The translations under genes and the position numbers were made by a program. A DNA stretch of 64,000 bases from the NCBI GenBank assembly GCA_047495785.1, contig JBLDXI010000007.1:1984001-2048000 (forward strand). The letters are read 5' to 3'. Source of the DNA: Lepidodermella squamata (taxonomy: Eukaryota > Animalia > Gastrotricha). Shown here one piece after another: positions 45,668 through 57,600 of the stretch. The stretch's first letter is position 1, and every line of letters starts with the position of its first letter. Below the pieces are notes generated by a model. That model worked only from the letters and a program-made list of their open reading frames with translations. It was not told where the DNA came from and ran no database searches.

Positions 45668-48600
45668 ATGGAAACCGTTCGTTCAACTTTTGGAGCTGAC
45701 TTCGATTATGCAGCTGCTGCGAATGGAACTAACGTCCCACAGCCGGTCGATACCGTCGAGCATTTACGGCTTTTTGCTGATATGACCAACTGCAATCGTG
45801 TTGCTGAATTGTTCAAGAAAATGTGTGAGTTTGAGATTTTTAAGGTGGCAATTTTATTTTCGACATGGCTATTCGTACTTCGCTTTGCAATACTCATTTT
45901 TGAGGCCTACAGATTTAGCGATAATAACCGGGGGACTAGAGATTGAGCAAAAAAACAGCTCTGCGTGTAATTTTCCTCTTCGGTATTGTTCGCATTGTTG
46001 CGCCTGATTTTTCAATCCAGCAGCCACATTGCGGCTTGTCGGAGTCGGTAGTGAGGTATTTATTTGAGGCGGCCGAAAATGCTGCTCAGGTCGCCGCTGA
46101 GAAATTCAGCGCGGTTCTCATCAACCGAGGTTGCCGGTGCTCGCTGGGTTGCAAAAGCTGGTTGTTCTGGGGTCGAAATGGCCGTTGGTTGCGGGAATGG
46201 ATTAGCCGGTGGTTGAGTTGCAGGTGTTGATTGTGGAAACAGGGTAGGCGCAGGCCGCCCAGGAGTCGGGGTAGGCCGCTGGTGACGATCATTAAACCCG
46301 GAATTTTCGCGCATGCGTATGGCCAACGAGATACTATCGAATACGGGGGCTGGAAAAATTGAAAAATAAATATAAACTGTCAATACAATTTTTTAGCGAA
46401 CTCACCCTTGGATTTGAGCGACCGTCCTTGAGGACCGGAATCCCAGGAATAGCCGGGTAGTTTAGGAGCATGGTGTCGAAAAAATTGGCAAACATAATGC
46501 GCCGTTGTACTGGGCTGCCAACACCTCGAGGAAGAATCATTATCAAAATTCGACGGACATCCTGAGTTTAGACAGATGTCTTTTAGATATTCGTAGATCA
46601 TGGCATCCGGGACCTTGTAGAATTCCCTTCTCATCAAATTGATGACGGCATCCCGACCAAGTTGTCCATGAACGTCATGGATTTTCCTAACCATGGCCGA
46701 AACATACTATAAACACCTGTGAATTCCGATGGCCTCCATCTACCGCTTCGCGGTAATGAAGCCTCCCGCCGATCGCCACAAACTGCCTATGTTTTTGAAA
46801 AGAATCGAAGAGTATTGAAATGATGTAGGAATATAATTAGGACTGCATTACAAAGCAGACATTGAGAAAATTAAAGCAATTTTTTCAGTGAGACCAGTGA
46901 TAAGTAAGTTGGTCTTATTTCAAATCAATTGAGTAAGCTTTTGTCAAAAGGTAAAACAGCCTAATTGTAGCAGCGGGCAGTGTCTAATAATTTGGGTAAG
47001 AATTATGTGTCAAAAAGCTTACACGAATATTGAATGTTTTTTTACGACGAAAGCCCCCGGACTTTCATTGCCCTTTGGCGTCTCCACTGCTTGAAGAAAC
47101 AGCTTTTTCTTCTATTGGATCGAGAGGAACAAGCAATTTTGTTGTTGGCACTGCCTGAAGACCATCATTGTGAATGAATCAAAAAATTGGATGAACGAAT
47201 AAAATCTGGAAACACGATTAACGGTACAAATGTGTAGAGACCTAAGGAATTCATTCGACCTTCACTTTTTATAGTGAGAATCGATAGTGAGGACCTTAAC
47301 GTTCGAATCGCGAACCAGAGGCGTCGCTTGACCTATAAATTGATTGATACCTGTAAAGTCACGGGAGGTGCGCTTAGCCCTGATCCAGAGCCAGACGGAG
47401 TAGCAGAAGGGTCAGTTGTATTGAATCAGAGGTGTGTGACGAACTGAGGTCTTTCCTTAGGTCTCTACAAAATGGTGAAAGAATTAAGAAATTTTTAGGC
47501 AGATGAGTCTTCGCCAAATTTCGCCGAATTCTCCTGATTTTTTATGTTTATTCTTTAATTTGGTTTTTTTAGCGATCGAAATGGAAGGAGGGCGCTCTAA
47601 AGAAGACCGGCTAGTCGACGCCGAACCGATTCGACAACTTGGCAACAAATTGCACGGCGAGGGAAAGTACACGGAGGCTATCGAAGCCTATCGTCGAGCC
47701 TTACTTCTCGCTTCCTACGACGTTCGTCTGTTCAATAACATTGCAATTTGCTACATGGCCCTGGGCCTTCACGAAGAGGCCCTAGCTGCTACTAGCATGG
47801 CGATCGATGTGGGTCGCACTTCGGCTAAAGCTCACTTACTCATGGTCCAAGCAACGGCTAACCTCGGTTTTTACAAGGCGGCGAAGTCGTGGGGGCTTGA
47901 TAACATGCATCTAATCGACAAGGCTGATAAGAAGACCTACAAGTCTGAACTGGAGAAAATTATTCGCTCAGTCCCGCGTGACTTGCAACATGATCGAAAC
48001 GATCGCCAGGATATGGAAGAGTTCGGCCGGCGATTGCTGACCAGTGGCGAGCGATCCGCGGAGGTCTATCTCTTTTTGAGTGAGCATTTCATGGATGCCT
48101 CTCGAAATAAGCTTCACTGCCCGGTGGAATGGCTTGATGTTATCTGCAAAATGTTCACTGAAACGCCGTTTATCGCCGAATTTGTCCGGGACCCTGAAGG
48201 TCGATTGCCCCAGATGACTGGAAATGAATTTCGATTCGTTGGCGTTTTCTTGTTACAGGTTCGTATCCTCTGAATTTTTATTAATTTCTTCAATACTTTT
48301 GTATGCATTTCATGTATCGTATTTATCTTTCGAGTCTTAGTTTTGGCCGTGTTAAAGTTTGGATAGATGATTCACCCAAAAAATGCCTTCTCAATTTTCT
48401 CAGGAATTTCTGCGGTTAAAGGTTGAAGTGCCGGCTATGAGCGCCGGGCTGATCAGGTCCGTTAACTGCGGTTTGACAGAGGTTGACCGAAAATAACCGC
48501 TCTCGTTATAACGTATTATTTATCATCTGAGCTCATGTCAATCATTTGAGAGTTGGCCCTTGGCCCCAGTTCTCATTGCTTGCAAATAGAATTTGAGCTG

Positions 48601-51600
48601 GTCGTGCAATGTTGTAGTGGGAAGGGTGGGGTAATTTCAGGCGCCTATTACCACGAGGCTGGTCTTTAAATCGAGAACGCACGGGGGCGCATTAAGTTCT
48701 ATCTTGCCGAAATGGTTTGATGCTCAGCTTTTTCTTTCTTCTTATAGTTCAGCCAAAAGATAATCCATAGCGCAACTCAAAATTCAATTCTTGAGTTAAC
48801 TCAACTCAACGCGACTCAATTATTTGAAGTGAAACTTTGGAATTGGCAACTGCCAGTGTTCGGCAACAAAGAAATGAATGTTTGTTGGCACTGCAAAACC
48901 AACTTTTGCGTCAGTGCAATTTCGGCAATCTTTTGGCGCGCTCATTGGCACGTTCAACATGAGAACGAGCAGAAGAATTTATTCTAGGTACTGGTAAATT
49001 TGCACCCAGGATCATCGGAATATAGTAGTCGTACCGTCGTAGCCATAAGCTCAGTTTCTGTCATGGTTTCATAATCCAGTGCAAGTTCCGATTCAGATTC
49101 GGCTTCGTTCTGTTCCTCGTATTCTTCTTAGTACGATACAGCTGACAGTAGTAGGTTGGCGAAGGTGGCGGCGATTGATAATATTATCGAACAGCCCAAG
49201 GGCGATGGAACGGTCGACCGTAGCAGGGTCCGGTTGGGTTTTGGATAGCCATTTCCGACCATCTCCGCCTTCCAGCTGGACAGCCGGCTAAATTTTTCTC
49301 TGTGATTAAAGACTCCCAACTTCGGCCCGACCTTCTCAATGAGCGGTAGTATTTTAGCTGTATTAAACCCGTGAGGTACTCACCAAGTATGACGAGGCCG
49401 AAGTTGTATTTACATGCTACGCTTAGACTCGGAAACTTCTAATAAATCGTAACTGATGTGTGCTATCTTTGCGGTGTTAGCATCGCAAGACGCAAATTAT
49501 GCGTGGCGTGTTCATTTTGGACCACTGATTTGGCAGGGTAAGCAACTTGAAATGCCAGGTGATGCGCGGTCATGACAACTTTAAGTTTGAAGTTGATTGT
49601 TCGTGCGCCCAACTGGCATAAACTGGCAAATAAGCCACCAGCTGTGGAAATGCAGTGTTATCCAGGTATCTAAGCTTGCCTCTCGCTGTACAGTTTCGAA
49701 TGCCTGCTGAGACGGCTGTTTTTCCGACCCAACAGCACTGCTTCCGGCCTGATCGTCTGCTTTGCTGAGGACTGCGGAAATAGCAGCAGTGCTGATTCCA
49801 GCCTGATAGTTGACGGTGGGAGGAACCTTGGCAGCACCTGAACTGGCGGCGCCCAGCTGTGGCAGCGCCCAGCACAAAAACTAGAGCTGAGAGCTTTTGA
49901 ATAAGTAATCCAAGACTTCCACCTTGAGATCTTCGGGCGCTGTGAAGTCATCTGATATGTGGGACTATGAGCCATATACCAAGCAACAACATATTCTCTG
50001 GCTTGAAACTAGTGATCTCCGGCGAATTTCAGATGCTAGCAACTAATTGCCAGACTTCAGTTCAAGTGCCAGCATGCTTGAAATAAAAGTTATTCCATCA
50101 AAGTTCAGTCGGAGATTCAGAGAAACCTGGTTATGTTCTAACTTAACAAGTCTTTGTTCGATTAAATCGCTCAATATTACAACCAAGATTTCGGGTATGT
50201 AACACTAGAAATTTTGCTAACGCTTTGATTATGGGCGTAGGGGCTGCTAAATACTACCTGAAATGCATGGGCTGCATGGGTTGAGGAAAAAAACAAAATG
50301 AATTCAGAATTTCGGCACATTTTTTCGTTTATTTTTTTTAATTTATTTTAATTATTTTAGGTAAACTATGCATGTCAAGAAAGCTTGGAAAACGCGAAGA
50401 AATTGGTTGAATTACCTTGCTTCATGCCATTCATGGCTAAACTCGGCCTCGCCCTTACGAAACGAGCCAACGTTCAAGCTTGCTACAAAACCGTCGGAGC
50501 AAGTTACATTTGTGGCGGATTTTTCACAGCTTACATGCAAATTTTAACCGCCTTGATCGGCTATCCGTCGATTCGAAATTCCGCCATCAAGGAAACGGCG
50601 CCTCTGAACGATCTGTCTTTCTATTGCCATTACTTCAGCATGATGCTGACTGTTTTCGACACGATTGAATCACCGAAAACCGACGCATTTGCCCGCGAAG
50701 TTTGCAACCTTCTCTGCGAACAGTGGTCTATTCAAAAAATGGAGAAAATGCCGAGAAAATCGCTCGATCATTCGTTTTCATTATTGAACACTTTAAGTGC
50801 AATTCTGTATAGCTGTCGCTATAATATGGCTGAAATTGATAACCCGCCCTTCTCGTCTTTCCTCAATTTTTGGCTGAAAATTTCAGCGAATCCGGTTCTG
50901 GGTCCAATCGCTGCTGATCGGCCTGGTCTTTGGCTGCATCTGTGCGGCCGTTTGCGTAAGGCAGTTGCTCATATTTGCGTTTTTGAATCGACGAATTCGA
51001 ATTGCCGAGGCCATTTGGAGGACACGATTCGAACTCTTCGTAACCTGGCGAAGTTCCCGCTTAATCCTGTGATTTTCGACCAAAATCCTTGCATGGAAGA
51101 ATTTCCAATCGCCTTTGAAATGTTGCTGGAAATCCCAACTAAAAAGAGCTTGAGCAGCCTTTCGCCCACTTTCATCGACTCAATATCTCGTGCTACGTTT
51201 GAAATTATCAACGCAATCTCTGAATGCCGTCCTGAATTCCCTGAATTAATTTTGAAGAGGCATGCGAAAGGTCTTCGAAATGCTGTTGTTGCCTTAATCC
51301 AGACCAAATTGACCAATATCGACACGTTATCTGTTGCTTTAATCAGCTGCGCTAAATTGGCTCGGAAAGCTACTCAAGATTCGATTGCGAAGTTGATGAA
51401 AGACGAAAAATTTGCCAAATTGATTGATCGTCTAGTCGAAATCATCGCAACTTTGGACAAAGACACGGTGAAGCTTGCGGCTGTTGATTTGCTTGAAGCT
51501 CTTTTTAAGGAGGAATTTTTAGCTGCTGGGAAAGAAAAATTGATCGCTGCGATTTTAGCCTCGAAATATCAAGATATGGCAAAGGGAATCGAAAAGCTGT

Positions 51601-51725
51601 CTAAATCAATGCCGGAAAATTCTAATTTGCCTAATCTAGTTTCGAAACTGACGGCTGCAGATCCGGCTTTCGTTGAGGCAATTCGCATGTCCAAGCTTGA
51701 TCTGAACAGCGCAAATGCGGTCTGA
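45668..51725 (+). CDS. TPR-ARM paralog 8 (735 aa)
   Basis: Exons 45668-45824, 47573-48258 and 50361-51725, in frame. IRQLGNKLH..KYTEAIEAY; GERSAEVY, PLNDLSFY and RPGLW motifs shared with paralogs 9-11. Confidence 0.87.
46555..46700 (-). mobile_element. Integrase H2C2 zinc-binding-domain fragment (SCAND3/KRBA2/Ginger-like)
   Basis: IHDVHGQLGRDAVINLMRREFYKVPDAMIYEYLKDIC resembles H...GH.GRD.......Y..I....I..YL..C. Confidence 0.65.
47233..47469. mobile_element. 237-bp TG...CA element with 17-bp terminal inverted repeats and 5-bp TSD (solo LTR or integrase-type MITE)
   Basis: TGTAGAGACCTAAGGAA (47233-47249) ... TTCCTTAGGTCTCTACA (47453-47469), with AAATG immediately on both sides. Confidence 0.88.
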
Positions 51726-51985
51726 AGCTATCAAGGATCATTTTTGGCGAGAGTGATAAAAACATAAATTGACGCTTATTTTCATGCACCATCGTCTTGT
51801 AAATAGTGTTACTCCAGTTTTCCAGATGTAAAATAATTATTTTCTGAAATTGCGGATAAGTAAAACGCATTTTCTGCGGATTTAGAAATGCCGAGATTTT
51901 ATGAAAAACTCCGAGTTTTGAGGCTTGGCTCATTTTTCTTCATTTTTGCACCGCAATTTTACTGAACCTTTTAGGAGTTATTAAA

Positions 51986-54285
51986 ATGGCTTATTGGAAA
52001 ACGCTTTTCGGTGGTAAATTGAATTATGAAGCGATTGAATTTGAGGACATAATTCCTAATCCCATCGATACACCAGAAAATTTGGCCGCTGTATCGAAGA
52101 TAGAAAACGCGAATGTGATATATACGCACGTCCACATAACGCTCAGTAGGTGCTTCAACTTTCATTTTCCTTTATTTGAAATATATCGATTTTCCTTTCA
52201 GGTGATCAAATTTATGGTGATTCCGTCAAATTAGACCGTCAGCTCGAGGCTGAAGATGTTCGTGAAGTTGGCAATGAGCACTATCGTAAGAAAAACTTGA
52301 AAGAAGCCATCGCTAACTACCACAAGGCGATTAGCATCGACCCTTACGAGGTGAAAAATTACTCAAATATCGGAATAGCCTACATAAACGACGGCTGCCC
52401 TGAAGAGGCGTCGTGTTTCCTGAGTGTTGGCGCTGATATGGACTTGCATGGCTCGGTGAAGCTGCAGTTGCTGACCATAAGAGCTTATTGCGAATTGGGC
52501 CGAGGTGACGAGGCTCGTTTCCACTACGAGCACAGCCATCACCTTATCCCTGAAAAGGACAAAGCTTTCTATAAAAGCGAGACAAACCGGCTGATCGATT
52601 CGATTCCTTCCTCGAAGCTTATCAAAGCGAAAATCGAAGAATTGGACGAACTCGAGCGAAGATTGACGACGGAGGGTGAACGATCGGCTGAGGTGTATTT
52701 AGCGCTTGAAATGACGTATTTCTACATGGCTAATGCCGACATTGACGATAGTATACTACAACGTTGGTATTGCTTAATCCCTCAAATGGCGATGAAAACG
52801 CCTTATATCCGCGAATTTATGGAAGAACCGATGCCTGTTATCAGCAAAATGACCCAGGGCGAGGCTCGTTTTGTCGCATCGTACTTGAACGTGATCGAAA
52901 GTTTTTTCAGCGAAAACATGGATATCTTACTATCGATAACGCCTCTGGGCATAACTCTGGCAAAATTGGCGTTCAGTGCGACTAATTTTCACAGTTATCA
53001 AGAAATCTTCCCCAAAATTGGCCACAGTTTCGCGGTTGGAATTCTCGTCGGAGGTCTTTTGCCTGTACTGAACAACATTTTGGCCGATGAAAAATTGCGA
53101 AATTCTTACATCAAAGATACCCCGCCTTTCAACGATCTGTCCTTCTACGCTCATCTCATGAGTTTTCACATCGCGGCTTATGACGTGCGAAATTCGCCGA
53201 ATACCAACAAGTACAACAAGCAAATCACGTCTGTGCTATGCGAACCGTGGTTTCTCGATAGTTTGGAACTGATGAAACCTGAAAAGCTCGAGCATGCAAT
53301 ATCGCTGCTAGCTACCCTCAGCTCTCTGTATCTGGTGTCGAGGTCTGAAATGATGAGGATGACCATGCCTATTTACGAGTCTTTCCTACCGTTTTGGCTC
53401 GCCGCGTCGGAACGGCCGAATTTAAGGAGGATTCTAGCGGCTCGGCCTGGTGTTTGGCACCACGTTGCGACTCGATTGAAATACGCTGTGAATTACTATT
53501 GGGCGGAAACTAGAGTGGCCAAAGAACATCTGAAGCAAACTTTGACACTAGCCCTGAATCTTTCATCTGAAGGTGGTGTCGATTTGAATGAAATTTTAAC
53601 CGACTCGAATCTTCTTGGCCGTCTCGCGAAGCATTTGGCGGCTGTTTTTGTGGATGAAGATATAAGAAAGTCGAAATCTCACGTCGGGGATGCTGTGAAA
53701 ATCATCAGAAATCTCAGCGAGAAGTGTCAAGATTTCGCTAAAGTTTCCCTGCAATTGGAGTCTTGTGATGTTCTGAAGAAAATATCCTCCCTAATTTCAC
53801 ATCGCGTGCATGAAAAGGACGCTTTGGCCTGCTTCGCTGCTTTGATGAAACACGCAGATTCGAACGCGCTGGTAAAGTTGTTGAATTTACCAAAATTGAA
53901 GGACTTTTTGAAGAATCTCATCACCCGATCAATCGAAGCTGACTCTTTTATCGATGTCGAATTTTTGTTGGCAATTTTGGCTAAAACCTGTTCCTCGATT
54001 CTGGAAGTTCCGGATGATCGTGTGAAAGACATGATTGTTGCTAATACTCCGCTTCTGGTCAATCTTGCCAGCCGAATTTTGGCTAAAACTGGGTTGAAAG
54101 ATGATCTGCTCATTAAGGCAATCGAACTATTGGCTGATTGGTCGAGAATCGATGCCAGTTTGTTTGAAAAATGCCGGCTTATTGATAATTATGGTTCCCT
54201 TCTGAACTCAATCAAAGAAATTCGCGTTGATGAGACCTACTCTGACAATAAGCTACTCGTTCAGTTTTGTGAAAAATTCGATTAG
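51986..54285 (+). CDS. TPR-ARM paralog 9 (747 aa)
   Basis: Exons 51986-52145 and 52202-54285 (56-nt phase-1 intron). VREVGNEHY..; GERSAEVY, PFNDLSFY, CEPWF, RPGVW. Confidence 0.87.
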
Positions 54286-54649
54286 AATGAATAGAGTGTG
54301 ATTTTCGGTACTTGATCCAAGCAGTCATGAACTGTTCAATTGAAAAAATGAATGGAAAAAGTTATCAAGTGCGCACTGCGCACGCGTTTTTTGGCACGCG
54401 ACTAGCTAGCTGGCGCGTTACGTAATATGGCCATGCTTAATTATCTATATCGATTCGCTATTTCTCTTCTTATTTCGAATTATGCATTTCCGGGCTAACT
54501 TTCATTCTGCGATTCACGCCCTATTTGTTGTGAGCATGCTCGATGGTATTTTGGATTCAAACTTCCACCTTAATATCTCATGTGGAATTGTGCAATATAT
54601 TCTAAACGGCTTTGTATTTGTAGGTTTGATTATTTTTTCTATCACATCA

Positions 54650-57600
54650 ATGAATACTTGGGCTGTATTATTTGGTGGAAAATTGGACTACGAAGCGATT
54701 GCAACCGATATTGAAGTGCCTCCGCCAGTCGATTCGCCGCCGAATCTGGAGCTGTTATCCACTATTGAGACTGGTGACAGCGTGTATTCGTCTCATACCA
54801 AGCTTTGTGAGTTTCCTAATTTTTTTCAATGGTTACACAATGGCGGATCTTACTCCTCGCCTGATAAAATCTCTGAGAATTTTTTCAATGACGATTTGTT
54901 ATTAGTTTTCAATCCGTCGGGGAAGAGCCCGCACTTTGGTGATTTTCGAAAACCTAGTAGTACGTGAATAAAAATGTTTTCCTTGATCGTGAAAAAATCC
55001 ACACACGTACATATTTCTTATCTAGTCCACTCACGTTTAGAGTATAATTTCAACGAATTTCTTGATGTTGACCCTTGTAGCCGGGGATATCCTACGATTG
55101 CAACCCGCAACCGGTTGCGGGCTGCCTAGGGGTTGTGTGGGAACAGACATAAACCATAAGTTGAGCCTAATAACGGAACGGATAAGGCCAAACTCCAGCA
55201 GTCCTGCGAGAAAAAGGAAACCACTAAACCGATTAAACTTCTTTCTTGCCTTTGAGGACTCGCATCTTTGCTTGAGAAATTATCAGTACTACAGCCATGC
55301 AAATGTATGGGTACAATTCGTAATTCTTGAATATAGACGGAGAGATAACCCAAGGAGAGAACTGGGTGGTTGGTGGCCCAATCCATGCATAAGTGTTGCA
55401 GATATTTTGTAAAAATCCTTAAGGTTAAGAAATAATATATTATAACATCGTTCCAGTCGCGGACACATTGATCTAGCTCGAGACGTGGTACCGCTGCATA
55501 CTTGTAGTCCGTGAATTGTCGACACCGTTTCTTCACAGTTCATTGATTTCGTCCATTTCGATGTCATTGTCATGGGCGGCGATGGCGGCGATTTGATTTA
55601 AACGGCACTGCCCGCGGCAGCCGCACTGCGGATTGCAGTGTTTTCCCGGGTGGCGCAACCGCACAGCAGCTCGCGTCTGCATTGGCAAGTGTGTCGAGCA
55701 TAATAATCGAGATGTTCGCGGGGAATAATACCATCAGCAATGCATCCAAGTAAATCAAGCTTCAAATCCAAGGAATCCCCGCAACCGGGGGCAACCGGGG
55801 ATCCAACCAACCTACAACGCCTGCGATCCGGCTCGATTGTTTGACCGCCATCCTTTATCTTCTTTGTTAAATTGTACTCCAAAAATTTCTTTCCAACTGA
55901 TAGCGCCTTTTTGATCAATTCCTTACAAACAGGAATAACGGCGAGACTAACAGCCCTTGTTGGCCGCTCAGATTCAATATCGTACTTAGCTTGAAGTGAA
56001 TAAGTGATGGTCCATCTCTTGGATTTAGGCTCAACGGATACGTAACGGCAGATCCGTCTGAGCTGGTCATCCAGACTTGCGTTTTTCGATAATCGTCACA
56101 GATCTGTGTAATACTCGCGTCTTCGAATTTTAAGTAGCATTTGAGCTTTTGACAACGCAGCTGATTTCTGTAAACAGGATTTCGGCGCTCAGATACCTGG
56201 GCCATTCTTACTCGAATGCAAGGTGCCATCTTATAAATGAGGCAAACAGTTGCGGTGATTAGAACGGCTAAAACAACAATAATAACGAAAATAAATATCC
56301 AGTTTGCCAGGAAACCAGCCTCCAGCGACAAATCCGAATGGAGAGCACAAAATTGCAATTATCGGTAATTGACGCGCGGCACTTCAGGATGTTGATAGGC
56401 GATAGGCAGTACCAAACACTTTTCTTCCGTTTTCTGGAATAGCTATAACGGAACTGTTCTTCTTCAGATCGTAAGTGTCGAAAATTGCGCGATGGTGCGC
56501 CGAAAATGAAGAACTTCACGATTGTATTATTCACCATTTGCTGAGCTCGAGCTCGAGCTTTTAATGCGCGAATGCTCGCAGCATTAACAGCTTCCAGTTC
56601 AGCAATTTTTCTCATCAACTTGGCGTCATTATGGCCGGTGGATGATGACTTTTTCATTGCCATGATTGCTTCCATGTTAGAATTCATCTTTTGCAGCATC
56701 TTTTGCTGCTCGAGCTCGATTCGAGAAGCAAAAGCTGAGGTATCGAAAAATAATAAATTTTATGAGACCGATTGAGACCGAAGAGGTGGCGACGACTACG
56801 TCGAACATATTGGCAAATCGCAGGACAGCATTTTGCCGTTCTATGAATCGAGTTTCACAAACGTTGATCAGTCGATCAACATCACTAGCTGTTTTAAGTG
56901 GCTCTACCTCCGCCTTGAAAATTTAAAGTCTCGCAGCTGATCCCATTACGAAATTAATTACTTGCTCCATCATAGCGAAAATGTTCTGAAAAGCTCGAAC
57001 CAAGCTCGCAGACGACGCAGCCGTTCATCAGAGCGGGTTTATTTTACCCGTGGTATTTTCGTGAATAATTGTGTGGAACTTTTTATCGTAGATGAATGCT
57101 CATAGGCGTCTATTTTCGTATGACACAACACCAATTTGCTATGTTGCTGTGTATTGATCACGCGATTTCCGCGCTCAATTGATGAAGTGCACAAGGCGTC
57201 AAGGTTTTCAACCACCTCGCGAACAATTCGTTGGAAAGCAACTGTTCTAATGAGAAACTCTTCAATGCTGCACTCGATTGAAGACAACCCACAACCACAA
57301 AATGTGAGAGGTCGAGGCCAGCAGCCAGATGGCAGTTATCGTGGGAGCCCATCATTTGCAAAGTATAAATTACAAAATTGTGAGAGATAGCGAGTAGTTT
57401 TCCGAGAGCGATGATTTCATCACGTGATTCCAGATGAATTTCGTTATTTTCAATTTTTCAATCAGATCCATTTTCGTTATCACGGTATACGAGCAAGTTT
57501 TTGCGGTGGAAGTCGTCATCTCAATGTTCTCTAAAATGAGATAAAATCGAATTTTTAACTAAGCCATGATCACGAGTAATGAAAATTGGTTTTTATGCAT

